NCBI GenBank assembly: GCA_964471535.1
Contig: CAYYHA010000006.1
Span: 1 to 51,136 of the forward strand
Length of the DNA stretch: 51,136 bases
Direction of reading: 5' to 3'
Origin: an uncultured Myxococcia bacterium
GTDB lineage: Bacteria > Myxococcota > Myxococcia > SLRQ01
Positions 9,021 through 17,612 of this stretch are shown here, one piece after another. The notes beneath the pieces were generated by a model, which saw only the letters and a program-made list of their open reading frames with translations, was not told the origin of the DNA and made no database searches. Each line of letters starts with the position of its first letter. Within the stretch, counting starts at the first letter, position 1. Both the position numbers and the translations under genes were made by a program.

Positions 9021-10220
9021 ATGAGGTGGGCCAAGCGTTCCGTGAACGGCCATTCGTCTCCTGCGCCGGCGCCGGCGCCGCGACGGACCGTGGGGCACCG
9101 GCGCGCCGGGCGAGCGCACGGGGGGCTGCTGCTCGTGCTGCTCCTCTCGAGCCTCGCCGGCTGCGGCCGGATCCCCGGCGGGGACGACGGCGGCACCGGC
9201 GGGGGAGCCGATGGGGGCGCCGGCGACGCCGGACCCCCGCCCGTCTTCGTGGAGCCGCCGGCGCTCTCCGAAGTGGGTCCCCATGCGGCGACGCTCTCCT
9301 TCAGCACCGACCTGCCCACCCGGGCGACGGTGCAGTGGGTGGCCGCCGGTGTGGCCGACGGGACCACCCTCGAGCCACCGGCCCGCGTGCATCGCTATCG
9401 CATCGCAGGGCTCCCCGCCGGGCGCACCCTGCGGGTGGTGGTCGCCGCCCAGGCGCCGGGCGGAAGCACGGTGGCCGAGGTCGAGGCCCGGACGGCGCTC
9501 CTTCGCTCCGGCGGCGTGGTGCTCTTCGACGAGGCGCACGGACAGCGGGCCGGCAGCGCCGACTGGGTGAGCGGCGGCGCGTACTCCGACTTCGCGACGG
9601 CGCTCGAGGCGACGGGTCGCTTCGAGGTGACGCGCCTGACGGAGGGCCGCTTCGACGACGCAGGGCTTCAAGCGGTGGACGTGGTGGTCGTTCCGGAGCC
9701 CAACACGCCGCTCGCAGCGAGCGAATGGGACGCCCTCGAGCGCTTCGTGCGTCGGGGCGGAGGCCTCGTCCTCGTCGCCAACCACGGGGGCGCCGATCGC
9801 GACAACGACGGCTTCGATGCCGTCTCCATCCTGCGGGCCTTCCTCGATCGCCCCGGCGTGGGCCTGCGCCTCACGGGAGACCGCGTGAATGGACCCGCCT
9901 ACCCGGAGCCCGACGATCCCCTGGCCGACGGGCCCTTCGGGGTCGTCGAGGCAGCGGGCGCCTTCGAGGCGACCACGGTCACGGTGACGGGGGAGAACCC
10001 GGGTGCCCGTGTCCATCTGCGCATTCCCCGCGCCGGCCCCCTGGTGGCAAGCGTGCCCCTCGGCGAGGGGCGCGTCGTGGTCCACGGCGATTCGGCGGCC
10101 GCAGACGACGGGAGCGGTTCCGGCGGCGCGGCCCGCCCCCACGACGCCTGGAACGACCCGCAGCAGGACAACGCGGCGCTCTTTGGGAACATGGTGAGCT
10201 GGGCGGCGGGCGAGTACTGA
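9021..10220 (+). CDS. lipoprotein with an FN3-like domain and a DUF4350/glutamine-amidotransferase-like domain
   Basis: ATG at 9021 with lipobox LLLSSLAGC. The FN3-like stretch is ATLSFSTDLPTRATVQW. The second pattern is VVLFDEAHGQ...VDVVVVPEP...FVRRGGGLVLVANHGG. Confidence 0.68.
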   Translation: MRWAKRSVNGHSSPAPAPAPRRTVGHRRAGRAHGGLLLVLLLSSLAGCGRIPGGDDGGTGGGADGGAGDAGPPPVFVEPPALSEVGPHAATLSFSTDLPTRATVQWVAAGVADGTTLEPPARVHRYRIAGLPAGRTLRVVVAAQAPGGSTVAEVEARTALLRSGGVVLFDEAHGQRAGSADWVSGGAYSDFATALEATGRFEVTRLTEGRFDDAGLQAVDVVVVPEPNTPLAASEWDALERFVRRGGGLVLVANHGGADRDNDGFDAVSILRAFLDRPGVGLRLTGDRVNGPAYPEPDDPLADGPFGVVEAAGAFEATTVTVTGENPGARVHLRIPRAGPLVASVPLGEGRVVVHGDSAAADDGSGSGGAARPHDAWNDPQQDNAALFGNMVSWAAGEY

Positions 10221-10353
10221 CGCCGCCGGGACGGCGGCTGGCGCGGGGGGAGGGCGCCGGCCGTGGGCGCGTGCCGGACTCGCGCCCCGCGCCTCGTACC
10301 ATGGGGCCCGCCACGGCACAGAAAAATGAAAGGCCTCCTCGCACGGTCCGCGG

Positions 10354-10383
10354 CTGACAGGTGGCGCAGCCCCACGCTATAAG
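10354..10383 (+). promoter_or_regulatory. candidate sigma-70-type promoter for the 10409-> protease cluster
   Basis: CTGACA (10354-10359), an 18-nt spacer, then TATAAG (10378-10383). It sits about 25 nt upstream of the AGGAGG RBS and the ATG at 10409. Confidence 0.35.
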
Positions 10384-10408
10384 CTCGCCGCCGAAGGAGG
10401 AGCCACGC

Positions 10409-10960
10409 ATGAAGCCATCCATCCGTCCCCTTGCCGCACTACTCGTGGGCGTCGCCGTGCCGGCGATCTGTCTTGCATCGACCGTGCTCGCCCTCTCCAT
10501 CGAAGAGATGGCGCGGCGCAGCGACCTCGTCCTGCGGGGACGCGTCGAGGGGCAGACGACCGAGCGCATCGACGGCCGCCTCTACACCCTCTCCACCGTG
10601 AAGGTGGAGGCGGTGTGGAAGGGGGCGGCCCGCGATGGGGTGGTCGTGCGGCAGCTCGGGGGGCGTGACGGCGAACTCGCCACGCGGGTCGCCGGCGACG
10701 CCGTGCTCGAGCCAGGTGAGGAGGTCGTCCTCTTCCTGCGGCGCAACCCCCAAGGCGCACCCGTCTACCACCTCGTCGGCCTTGCGCAGGCGAAGTTCCG
10801 AGTGGAGCGGCGGGGCGGCCGGCTGGTGGCGCGTCGCGACCTCGGTGGGCTTCTCCTCCTCGACCCGGCTGCGGGGCAGGCGCTGCCCGCCGGGAAGGCC
10901 CGGGCGCCCGAGGCCTTCGACCTCGACGTGTTGCGTCGGCGGGTGGAGGGGGTGAAGTGA
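10409..10960 (+). CDS. small exported protein of unknown function, translationally coupled to the matrixin gene
   Basis: AGGAGG lies 7 nt before the ATG at 10409. Signal peptide is MKPSIRPLAALLVGVAVPAICLASTVLA. The stop TGA (10958-10960) overlaps the GTG/ATG start of the next gene. Confidence 0.65.
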   Translation: MKPSIRPLAALLVGVAVPAICLASTVLALSIEEMARRSDLVLRGRVEGQTTERIDGRLYTLSTVKVEAVWKGAARDGVVVRQLGGRDGELATRVAGDAVLEPGEEVVLFLRRNPQGAPVYHLVGLAQAKFRVERRGGRLVARRDLGGLLLLDPAAGQALPAGKARAPEAFDLDVLRRRVEGVK

Positions 10961-12750
10961 TGCGCGCCCTGCGGCTCGGCTCCCTCCTAGCACTTGCCTC
11001 CTTCCTCGCCGGCACCGTGCCGGCTGCGGCCTGGGCCTACCAGGTCAACCGCACCCAGTCGGGGGCAGAGGTGCACTGGAATCCACTGGACATCCCCGTG
11101 CCCTATCGCCTGCAGGCCGACGGCACCGCCGACGTTTCCGACGGCTCGGATCTCGCCGCCGTCGAGGCGGGGTTCCACACCTGGGAATCGCAGACCTGTA
11201 CCTCCCTCGCCTTTACCAGGCAGGCCGATTACCCCGGCGCCCCCACCATCTCGTGCAACGATGGCGTGAACCTCGTGATGTGGCTCGAGTCCGGGTGGCC
11301 CCCCGACGTGGGGCCGGAGGCGATCGGCGTGACCACCCCCTGCTTCGACCCGAGCACGGGCGAGATCGGTGACGCCGACATCTGGTTCAACGGCGTCGAC
11401 TACCAATGGGCCACCGACGGACGCCTCGACCGGGTGGACGTGCAGAACATCGCCACCCACGAGATCGGGCACTTCTTCGGCCTCGGTCACAGTCAGTACA
11501 GCGATGCGACGATGTACTACGCCTCGGCGGGCAACGGCGAGACGGTGCGTTCCACCCTCTCCAGCGACGATGTGGCCGCCGTCTGTTACCTCTACCCGGT
11601 CAACTGCAACGGCAACGGCGACTGCACGCCCCCCGAGGTGTGTATCAACCGCCGCTGCCAGCCGGCACCCCCGCCACCTGCCGGTCTGGGTGAGGCGTGC
11701 ACCGAGGATCAGGCGTGTCAGCAGGGGACCGGAGACAACAACGCCTTCTGCATCCAGGCGGCGCAGGGCTTCCCCGGCGGCTACTGCAGCATCTGGGGTT
11801 GCAGCCCCACCGATGCGCAGGGTTCCTGCCCAACGGGCGGTCGCTGCGAGGACTTCGGCACCGACTCTCAAGGCAACCCGGTCCACCTGTGCATGGATGC
11901 CTGCAACCCGGAGAACCCCGACTGCCGCGACCCCGACTACCTCTGCCTGCGCCGGAGCGCCACCGACCCCACCGACGGGATCTGCTATCCGCGTTGTTCC
12001 AGCGATGCAGACTGCGGGCAGCAGTCCGTCTGCGACTCGATAAGTGGCCTGTGCACCGCCCCGGGCAACCCCAATGCCAAGGTCGGAGACGCCTGCGCCC
12101 AGGACAGCGACTGCGAGACCGGTGGCTGGTGCATCCCCGAGACCTCGCAGGGGAAGTCTACGGGCTTCACCGGGGGCTACTGCACCCGCACCTGCGGCGG
12201 CGGTCTCGGCTGCTCACCCGGATCGAGCTGCTACACCATCGACGAGAACGGCAACGCGCTGTGTTTCGAGGACTGCACCCCAGGAGATCCGGGTGCCTGC
12301 CGTCCCGGTTATGCCTGTTGGCCCACGGGGCAGCCGGGGCTGGGCCTGTGCTTCCTCGCCTGTCGTTCCGATGCCGAGTGCGGGCAGGACCTGGTGTGCA
12401 ACCAGAACACAGGTCTCTGTGAGATGCCGGCTCCGCCTCCGCCCGCCGACGGAGGCATGGGGAACGACGGAGGCAGCGCCGATGGTGGGGTGGCTCCGGA
12501 TGGGGGTGGCACTGCCGATGGTGGCACGGGGTCCGACGGCGGATCGGCCGGTCCGGATGGCGGCACGGGCGGCTTCGATGGTGGGAGTGTCTCCGCCGAT
12601 GGCGGTGGCAGCGCGGGCGCCGGGGGCGGCAGCGGCCAGCTCGTCGGCGGCTGCGGCTGTAGCGCCGCCTCGGGGGCGACGCCTGGCCTCGGGGCACTCC
12701 TCGTCCTCCTCGGCGGAGCCCTACGCCGCCGGCGGCGCTCCAGCCGGTAG
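10957..12750 (+). CDS. matrixin-type (M10) zinc metalloprotease with two Cys-rich repeat modules, a DGG-rich linker and a MYXO-CTERM sorting tail
   Basis: Signal peptide present. Zinc site THEIGHFFGLGHS, followed by a Met-turn-like ATMYY. The Cys-rich region spans aa ~216-489. The C-terminus GGCGCSAASGATPGLGALLVLLGGALRRRRR matches MYXO-CTERM. The start is GTG at 10957 or ATG at 10960. Confidence 0.9.
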   Translation: MMRALRLGSLLALASFLAGTVPAAAWAYQVNRTQSGAEVHWNPLDIPVPYRLQADGTADVSDGSDLAAVEAGFHTWESQTCTSLAFTRQADYPGAPTISCNDGVNLVMWLESGWPPDVGPEAIGVTTPCFDPSTGEIGDADIWFNGVDYQWATDGRLDRVDVQNIATHEIGHFFGLGHSQYSDATMYYASAGNGETVRSTLSSDDVAAVCYLYPVNCNGNGDCTPPEVCINRRCQPAPPPPAGLGEACTEDQACQQGTGDNNAFCIQAAQGFPGGYCSIWGCSPTDAQGSCPTGGRCEDFGTDSQGNPVHLCMDACNPENPDCRDPDYLCLRRSATDPTDGICYPRCSSDADCGQQSVCDSISGLCTAPGNPNAKVGDACAQDSDCETGGWCIPETSQGKSTGFTGGYCTRTCGGGLGCSPGSSCYTIDENGNALCFEDCTPGDPGACRPGYACWPTGQPGLGLCFLACRSDAECGQDLVCNQNTGLCEMPAPPPPADGGMGNDGGSADGGVAPDGGGTADGGTGSDGGSAGPDGGTGGFDGGSVSADGGGSAGAGGGSGQLVGGCGCSAASGATPGLGALLVLLGGALRRRRRSSR

Positions 12751-12979
12751 GCCAGAGGCCTCGGCACGGGCGGTTCGGCACCGACGGGCGGCGGCACCCT
12801 CCCGCAGCGGGGCAGCGCATCCTTTGCGTCGCCCTTCCGCCGGGCTGCCGGCGGAGAGGTAAGCTCCCCGAGGCGGGTCTTCGCTTGACCCCACGGAGGC
12901 GGAGACCCTACCGTCCCCACGCCTTCGTGTGGCCGACCCGGCCCTTGCCACCGAATGCCCCTCGAGGAGGCGACAGCCC

Positions 12980-13666
12980 ATGAGACTCTTCCCCTTGGTC
13001 ATCGCCGTCAGCCTGTCGCTCGGGCCCCGAGCGCTCCTCGCTCGCACCCCGGTTGCGCCGTCCGGGGGGCCGCCTTCCGCTTCGGCGACCCCGCCGCCCC
13101 CCCGCTCCGTCGGAGCGGCCACCGCCAGCGACGAAGCGCTCGTCGTGCTCCTCTCCCTCATCCACGAGGAGCCCTCTGTCGAGGCGCTGCAACGTTTCGG
13201 TCCCGAGCTCGAATCCCGGCTCGCCCAGGTGGCGGAGGATCCCACCGTGCCGCGCCTGGCGCGGGTGCGCGCCGTCTCCTCCTTGGGACGCCTGGGGACC
13301 GAAGCGGCGCTGCGGCGCATCGAAGACCTGGTGGCGCGGGGCACGGCGCTGCCGCCGCGCCTGCGCATGGCCGTGTTCTGGACCCTGGGGCACTTCTTCG
13401 AGGCGGTTCCGCGGCGCCTCGACGTGATCCGCCGGGGGCTCGCTGACCCCGATCCCGGCGTACGCGAGGCCGCGGTTCGTGCGCTTGCTCGGGTGGGCAC
13501 GCCCGAGGCCCTCGCCGCCCTCGAGGCCCACCGCCTGCGCGAGCGCCACGTCGCGGTGCGGGCGGTGCTCCGGGCCCTGAAGGCGGCCACCCGCGTGGCA
13601 CCCCTGCCCCGGGAGGGACGGGTGCGGCGTCCCCAGATCCTGCCCAAAGAAGGGGGGGCGCGATGA
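12980..13666 (+). CDS. exported HEAT/PBS-lyase-repeat protein, translationally coupled to the next protease gene
   Basis: GAGGAGG RBS before the ATG at 12980. N-terminus MRLFPLVIAVSLSL. HEAT-like repeats include RVRAVSSLGRLGTEAA and DPDPGVREAAVRALARVGTPEA. There is an ATGA overlap at 13663-13666. Confidence 0.7.
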   Translation: MRLFPLVIAVSLSLGPRALLARTPVAPSGGPPSASATPPPPRSVGAATASDEALVVLLSLIHEEPSVEALQRFGPELESRLAQVAEDPTVPRLARVRAVSSLGRLGTEAALRRIEDLVARGTALPPRLRMAVFWTLGHFFEAVPRRLDVIRRGLADPDPGVREAAVRALARVGTPEALAALEAHRLRERHVAVRAVLRALKAATRVAPLPREGRVRRPQILPKEGGAR

Positions 13667-15648
13667 GGCGGGTGTACCTCCTTGGAGCGGTCTTCGGGCT
13701 GTGGCTCTGTGCCTGTCTGCCCGTCGGCTCGGTGGAGCAGACCGGGGCAGACGGCGGAGCCGACGCGGGGCGGGATGGCGGCGCGACGACCACAGGGGCA
13801 ATCGGTGATGCCTGCAGCACGCCGGCCGACTGCGGCGACGGGCTGGCCTGCCATCTCGGCCTGCCCGGGGGCTATTGCATCTCCCAGTGCTGGGACGGCT
13901 GCCCCGCCGGCTCGACCTGCACCTCCTTCGGGGGTCAGCAGTGGTGTCTCGCCCAGTGCGAGAGCGATGCCCAGTGCCGCGAGGGCTACGCCTGTCGAGG
14001 CGGGACCTGTCAGCCGGGCTGCTTCACCGATGCCGACTGCAGCTCGGGCGAGAGCTGCGAGGCGGGCAGCTGTGTGGCGGGCGGCATCGGTGCGCCCTGC
14101 AGCAGCCCCTCTGACTGCGCCGAGGGTCTCTCCTGTGCACCGAGCCTCCCTGGCGGCTACTGCACGCGGAGCTGCGAGGGCGACCCCTGTCCCGAAGGGA
14201 CGCAATGCGTGGCCTTCGGCGGATCCAGCTACTGCTTCGACGGCTGCCTGACGAACGCCGACTGCCGGCCGGGCTATGCCTGCAGCGGCGGCATCTGCGA
14301 CGTGGCGTGCAGCGCTGACGAGGAGTGCGGCGGCGGGGAGATCTGCCTGAATGGCGCCTGCGTGGGGGCGGGCGTGGGCCAGAGCTGCGACACCGGTGGC
14401 GATTGCCCCGGCAGCCTCTCCTGCTTCAAGAGCGTTCCCGGGGGCTACTGCACCCAGAGCTGCACCACCGGCGGCGACTGCCCCGAGGGATCCACCTGTG
14501 GGCTGATCAAGGGCAACAGTCTCTGTCTCGCTGCGTGCCGCGACGACCTCGACTGCGGCAGTGGGCAGCGATGCATGGGGGGCGTGTGCAACCTGCCCTG
14601 CGGGAGCGATGCGGACTGCGCCGCCGACGAGTTCTGCGACCAGTTCTCCGGACTGTGCAAGAGCCGGATCTCGGGCGGGGGAGACGTGGAGGTGCTGCCT
14701 CTCGGTCAGGTCTCCCTGGGAACCACGCAGAGCATCGACGTCGACGCCTCCACCTACGCGTTCACGATCCTCGTGCGCGGCGGGCTGAATGCCTCCTTCG
14801 TCGTGGACTCGCTTCGGGGCCCCTCGGGTCAGGAGCTGGTGAGCCGCGATTACTTCTCCGGTCCCTTCCGCACCTACCCGACTGCCCAGGCCTATGCGGC
14901 ACAGTTCCCCAACAGCGACCAGCTCGGCGTGCAGCCGGGGCGCTACACCTTCCGGGTGCTAAGCGACCGCGACAGCTCCGCCGACATCACTCTCTACCTG
15001 AAGAAGAGCAACGGCGGGACCTATGCCGGCGGCAGCATCCCGCTGAACGTCTTCATCGCCCCTGGCGCCTTTCCCGACGGCGCCAATGCGGCCAGCGCCT
15101 CGGGATCCCGGTGGGTGAGCGATGTCCTCGCCCGCTGGCAGCAATTCTATCGGAACCAGGCTTCGGTGGAGCTCGGTCAGGTGAAGTTCTTCGATCTGCC
15201 GAGTGGGCTGACCGATGTGAGTTCCGAGAGCGAATACCAGCAGGCCTTCCTCGACCACGGACGGGACGGCGCGCTGAACCTCTTCTTCGTGCGCTCCCTC
15301 TCCCTGGGCGGATCCTCGGCGGTTGCCGGGGTGTCCGGTGGCATTCCGGGGCCGCCGGGCATCGGTGGAACCCGCAACTCGGGCGTGATCATCGAGGTGC
15401 AGGACTCCCCTCGGCTGACCGGAGACGACATGTGCCACGAGATCGGGCACTTCCTGGGCCTGTACCACATCTCCGAGACCGATGGGACGACCCATGATCT
15501 CATCACCGATACCCCGGAGTGCACCGGGCGAATCGAGAACTGCACCACGGGCTACTACTACCTGATGTTCCCGGCGCTCACTCCGTACATGGACACGCTG
15601 TCGCCTGGGCAGGCCTACGTCGTGCAGGGCAACGCAGGCATCCGCTAG
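13663..15648 (+). CDS. lipoprotein with three tandem ~96-aa 16-Cys repeats and a C-terminal HEXXHXXGXXH zinc-protease domain (M43/pappalysin-like by motif)
   Basis: Signal and lipobox LWLCAC. Three repeats at aa 45-140, 141-236 and 237-~334 each contain PGGYC. The C-terminal part has MCHEIGHFLGLYH followed by DTPEC. Confidence 0.8.
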   Translation: MRRVYLLGAVFGLWLCACLPVGSVEQTGADGGADAGRDGGATTTGAIGDACSTPADCGDGLACHLGLPGGYCISQCWDGCPAGSTCTSFGGQQWCLAQCESDAQCREGYACRGGTCQPGCFTDADCSSGESCEAGSCVAGGIGAPCSSPSDCAEGLSCAPSLPGGYCTRSCEGDPCPEGTQCVAFGGSSYCFDGCLTNADCRPGYACSGGICDVACSADEECGGGEICLNGACVGAGVGQSCDTGGDCPGSLSCFKSVPGGYCTQSCTTGGDCPEGSTCGLIKGNSLCLAACRDDLDCGSGQRCMGGVCNLPCGSDADCAADEFCDQFSGLCKSRISGGGDVEVLPLGQVSLGTTQSIDVDASTYAFTILVRGGLNASFVVDSLRGPSGQELVSRDYFSGPFRTYPTAQAYAAQFPNSDQLGVQPGRYTFRVLSDRDSSADITLYLKKSNGGTYAGGSIPLNVFIAPGAFPDGANAASASGSRWVSDVLARWQQFYRNQASVELGQVKFFDLPSGLTDVSSESEYQQAFLDHGRDGALNLFFVRSLSLGGSSAVAGVSGGIPGPPGIGGTRNSGVIIEVQDSPRLTGDDMCHEIGHFLGLYHISETDGTTHDLITDTPECTGRIENCTTGYYYLMFPALTPYMDTLSPGQAYVVQGNAGIR

Positions 15649-15747
15649 GCAGGTGCCGCCGGCGGGCAGGCACTCGGCCCCGGCCGGTGGAAGGCGGGCG
15701 CCCGTGCTGCAGTGCCGATGCCCGAGGCCGACGCGGCGCGTGCGGCG

Positions 15748-17541
15748 CTAGAAGCGCGCCTGCAGGACCAGATTGAAGCCCAGGCGCGCCGGCTTTTCGA
15801 AGACCGCGATGTTCTGACCGGAAATGTCGCTCACGAGCGTGGTCCGGTTGTTGTCGATCTCGAAGAAGACCTCGCCGAGGATCGCCAGGTACTCGGAGAG
15901 ATCCATGCGGCCTGTCCCTTCCACGGCAAGGATGGGAATGACCTCTGCATCGGGTGGTAGGATGTCGAATTCACCCTCCGCACGTACCACCACGGTGCGC
16001 TGACCGGTCAGCGTGACCGGCGGATTTACCCCTGCGGGCAGGCGATCGGTCACCACCCAGGCCGGCACCTTCACCCCGAAGCGGAGCCCCGGCGTCAGGT
16101 GCAACCCTTCGATGAAGTAGTCGAAGCCCACGGCAGCAAAGGTTTCCGGGTGCGGGTGCATCTGGTCCGTGAACGCCTGGAAGGGGACGAAGGAGGGCAC
16201 GTTGAAGAGGATGTGCGCCAGATCCCGGTACACCGCGTCCGCGAAGATCCGAAGCTTCCCCGTCTTCAGCGCGAAGTTCACGTCTCCTGCGATTGCGCTC
16301 TGGAGCACCGTCGACCCGAAGGCGTTGGGGTCCTGCAGCGTCTGCACCAGGTAGGAGACCTCCGCCTTGATCACGTAAGAGGTCGAGCCGTCGTAGGTCT
16401 CGGGCCGGAAGAAGGTGGGGCGACTGTCGGGGTCGTTCGTGTACAGGCGCAGGTCGATCGAGGTGCCTACGCCCCGCCCCACATGATAGGCGACCTGTCC
16501 GCTGATGCCGCCCGCGGTGAGCTTCTCCCCCCGAAGGTCGGGCGTCGCGAAAGTGCCGCGCGTGAAGAAGCCGCCGTTGGCTTCCACGCGAAAGGTCTCG
16601 GTGAGGTCGACGCCTGCGCCCCCCAGGACGCCGTAGTTCGCTACCAACTCGGTGGCGCGCTCGTCCTGTAGCTGAATGTTCTCGTCGAGGAGCGCCGACT
16701 TCCCACCCAGCCACAAGTAGAAGCGTTCCCGCTTGATCTTCAGCCGTGCCCCGGGAACGTTGCTGCGGCGGCTGCGGCGCGGAAAGATGCTCTCGCCCCC
16801 CCAGGTGAGCCGATAGGAGTAGCCCAGGCGGAAGCGGTCCGAGCTGACGGGGAAGCCCGTGAAGGAGACCTCCTCGCCGTCCTTCCAACCTTCCGGCGTC
16901 CATGCCAGGCGAACGTAGCTAGAGGAGTCCCCGAAGCGCCCGTCCGGGGAGAGGCGCAGCACCAGGGCCGCCTCCCCATAGAGGCGGTCGAAGAAGGTGG
17001 GCGACTTCTTGTAGAGCACCAAGTGCGTCGTCGTCTCGAAGCCACTGTCCTTCGTGTCGTAGTTCTCGAAGAAGAGTTTGTTGCGCCCAGAGGCGTCGAA
17101 CTGCGGGCCGGGGCTCGGCTCGTCGATCTCGCCGGGGCCGGCGAGGAGGTTGTCGTCGGCGAAGACGAAGGTGAGGCGGGTGTCGACGAAGGGGTTGTAG
17201 GGCTCCGCTGCGCGGTGTCCGTCCGCCTGTGGCGACACTGTTTCTTCGACCTCCACCTCCACCGTCCGAGCCGCGGGCGTTCCCCCCGGTGCTGAAGCGG
17301 AGTGCACCCGGCTCTGCTGGGCCGGCTGCGCCTTGGCTTCCCCTTGGCCGGCCGCGGCAGCGGGCTGGGCCGAGTCCTCGGCCGGCGCTGCCGCGCCATC
17401 CCCGGGCGCAATCGGGCGTGCTGAGGCCCCGGTGCCGGCCGCTTCGGTCTCTGCCGCGGGCGCCTGGGCCTCTGCGTGGCCACGTGCCGGGAGGAGGGCG
17501 AGGAGGAAGACGAGGGCGAAGAGGAGTCGAGGAGCAGCCAT
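15748..17541 (-). CDS. outer-membrane beta-barrel protein (uncharacterised family)
   Basis: ATG at 17541 gives the signal peptide MAAPRLLFALVFLLALLPARGHA. An Ala/Pro-rich linker follows, then about 480 aa with alternating hydrophobic beta-strand character. It ends ...NLVLQARF, the aromatic terminus typical of OMPs. Confidence 0.7.
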   Translation of the reverse strand: MAAPRLLFALVFLLALLPARGHAEAQAPAAETEAAGTGASARPIAPGDGAAAPAEDSAQPAAAAGQGEAKAQPAQQSRVHSASAPGGTPAARTVEVEVEETVSPQADGHRAAEPYNPFVDTRLTFVFADDNLLAGPGEIDEPSPGPQFDASGRNKLFFENYDTKDSGFETTTHLVLYKKSPTFFDRLYGEAALVLRLSPDGRFGDSSSYVRLAWTPEGWKDGEEVSFTGFPVSSDRFRLGYSYRLTWGGESIFPRRSRRSNVPGARLKIKRERFYLWLGGKSALLDENIQLQDERATELVANYGVLGGAGVDLTETFRVEANGGFFTRGTFATPDLRGEKLTAGGISGQVAYHVGRGVGTSIDLRLYTNDPDSRPTFFRPETYDGSTSYVIKAEVSYLVQTLQDPNAFGSTVLQSAIAGDVNFALKTGKLRIFADAVYRDLAHILFNVPSFVPFQAFTDQMHPHPETFAAVGFDYFIEGLHLTPGLRFGVKVPAWVVTDRLPAGVNPPVTLTGQRTVVVRAEGEFDILPPDAEVIPILAVEGTGRMDLSEYLAILGEVFFEIDNNRTTLVSDISGQNIAVFEKPARLGFNLVLQARF

Positions 17542-17612
17542 GGTGTGTGTTCCGTAGGGCAGGGAAGGGACCGCGCTGAGGGCGCGGCACGGTCGGTCGC
17601 AGCTCGCCGGCC

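Noticed and set aside
8289-10319. Very long N-terminal extensions of track ORFs (8289-10319, 302-1702, 1628-2734, 8664-10220, 30054-31445 and 23766-25079).
   Set aside because: In each case the recognisable protein begins at an internal start with an RBS and/or a signal peptide. The upstream part overlaps a better-supported neighbouring gene in another frame.
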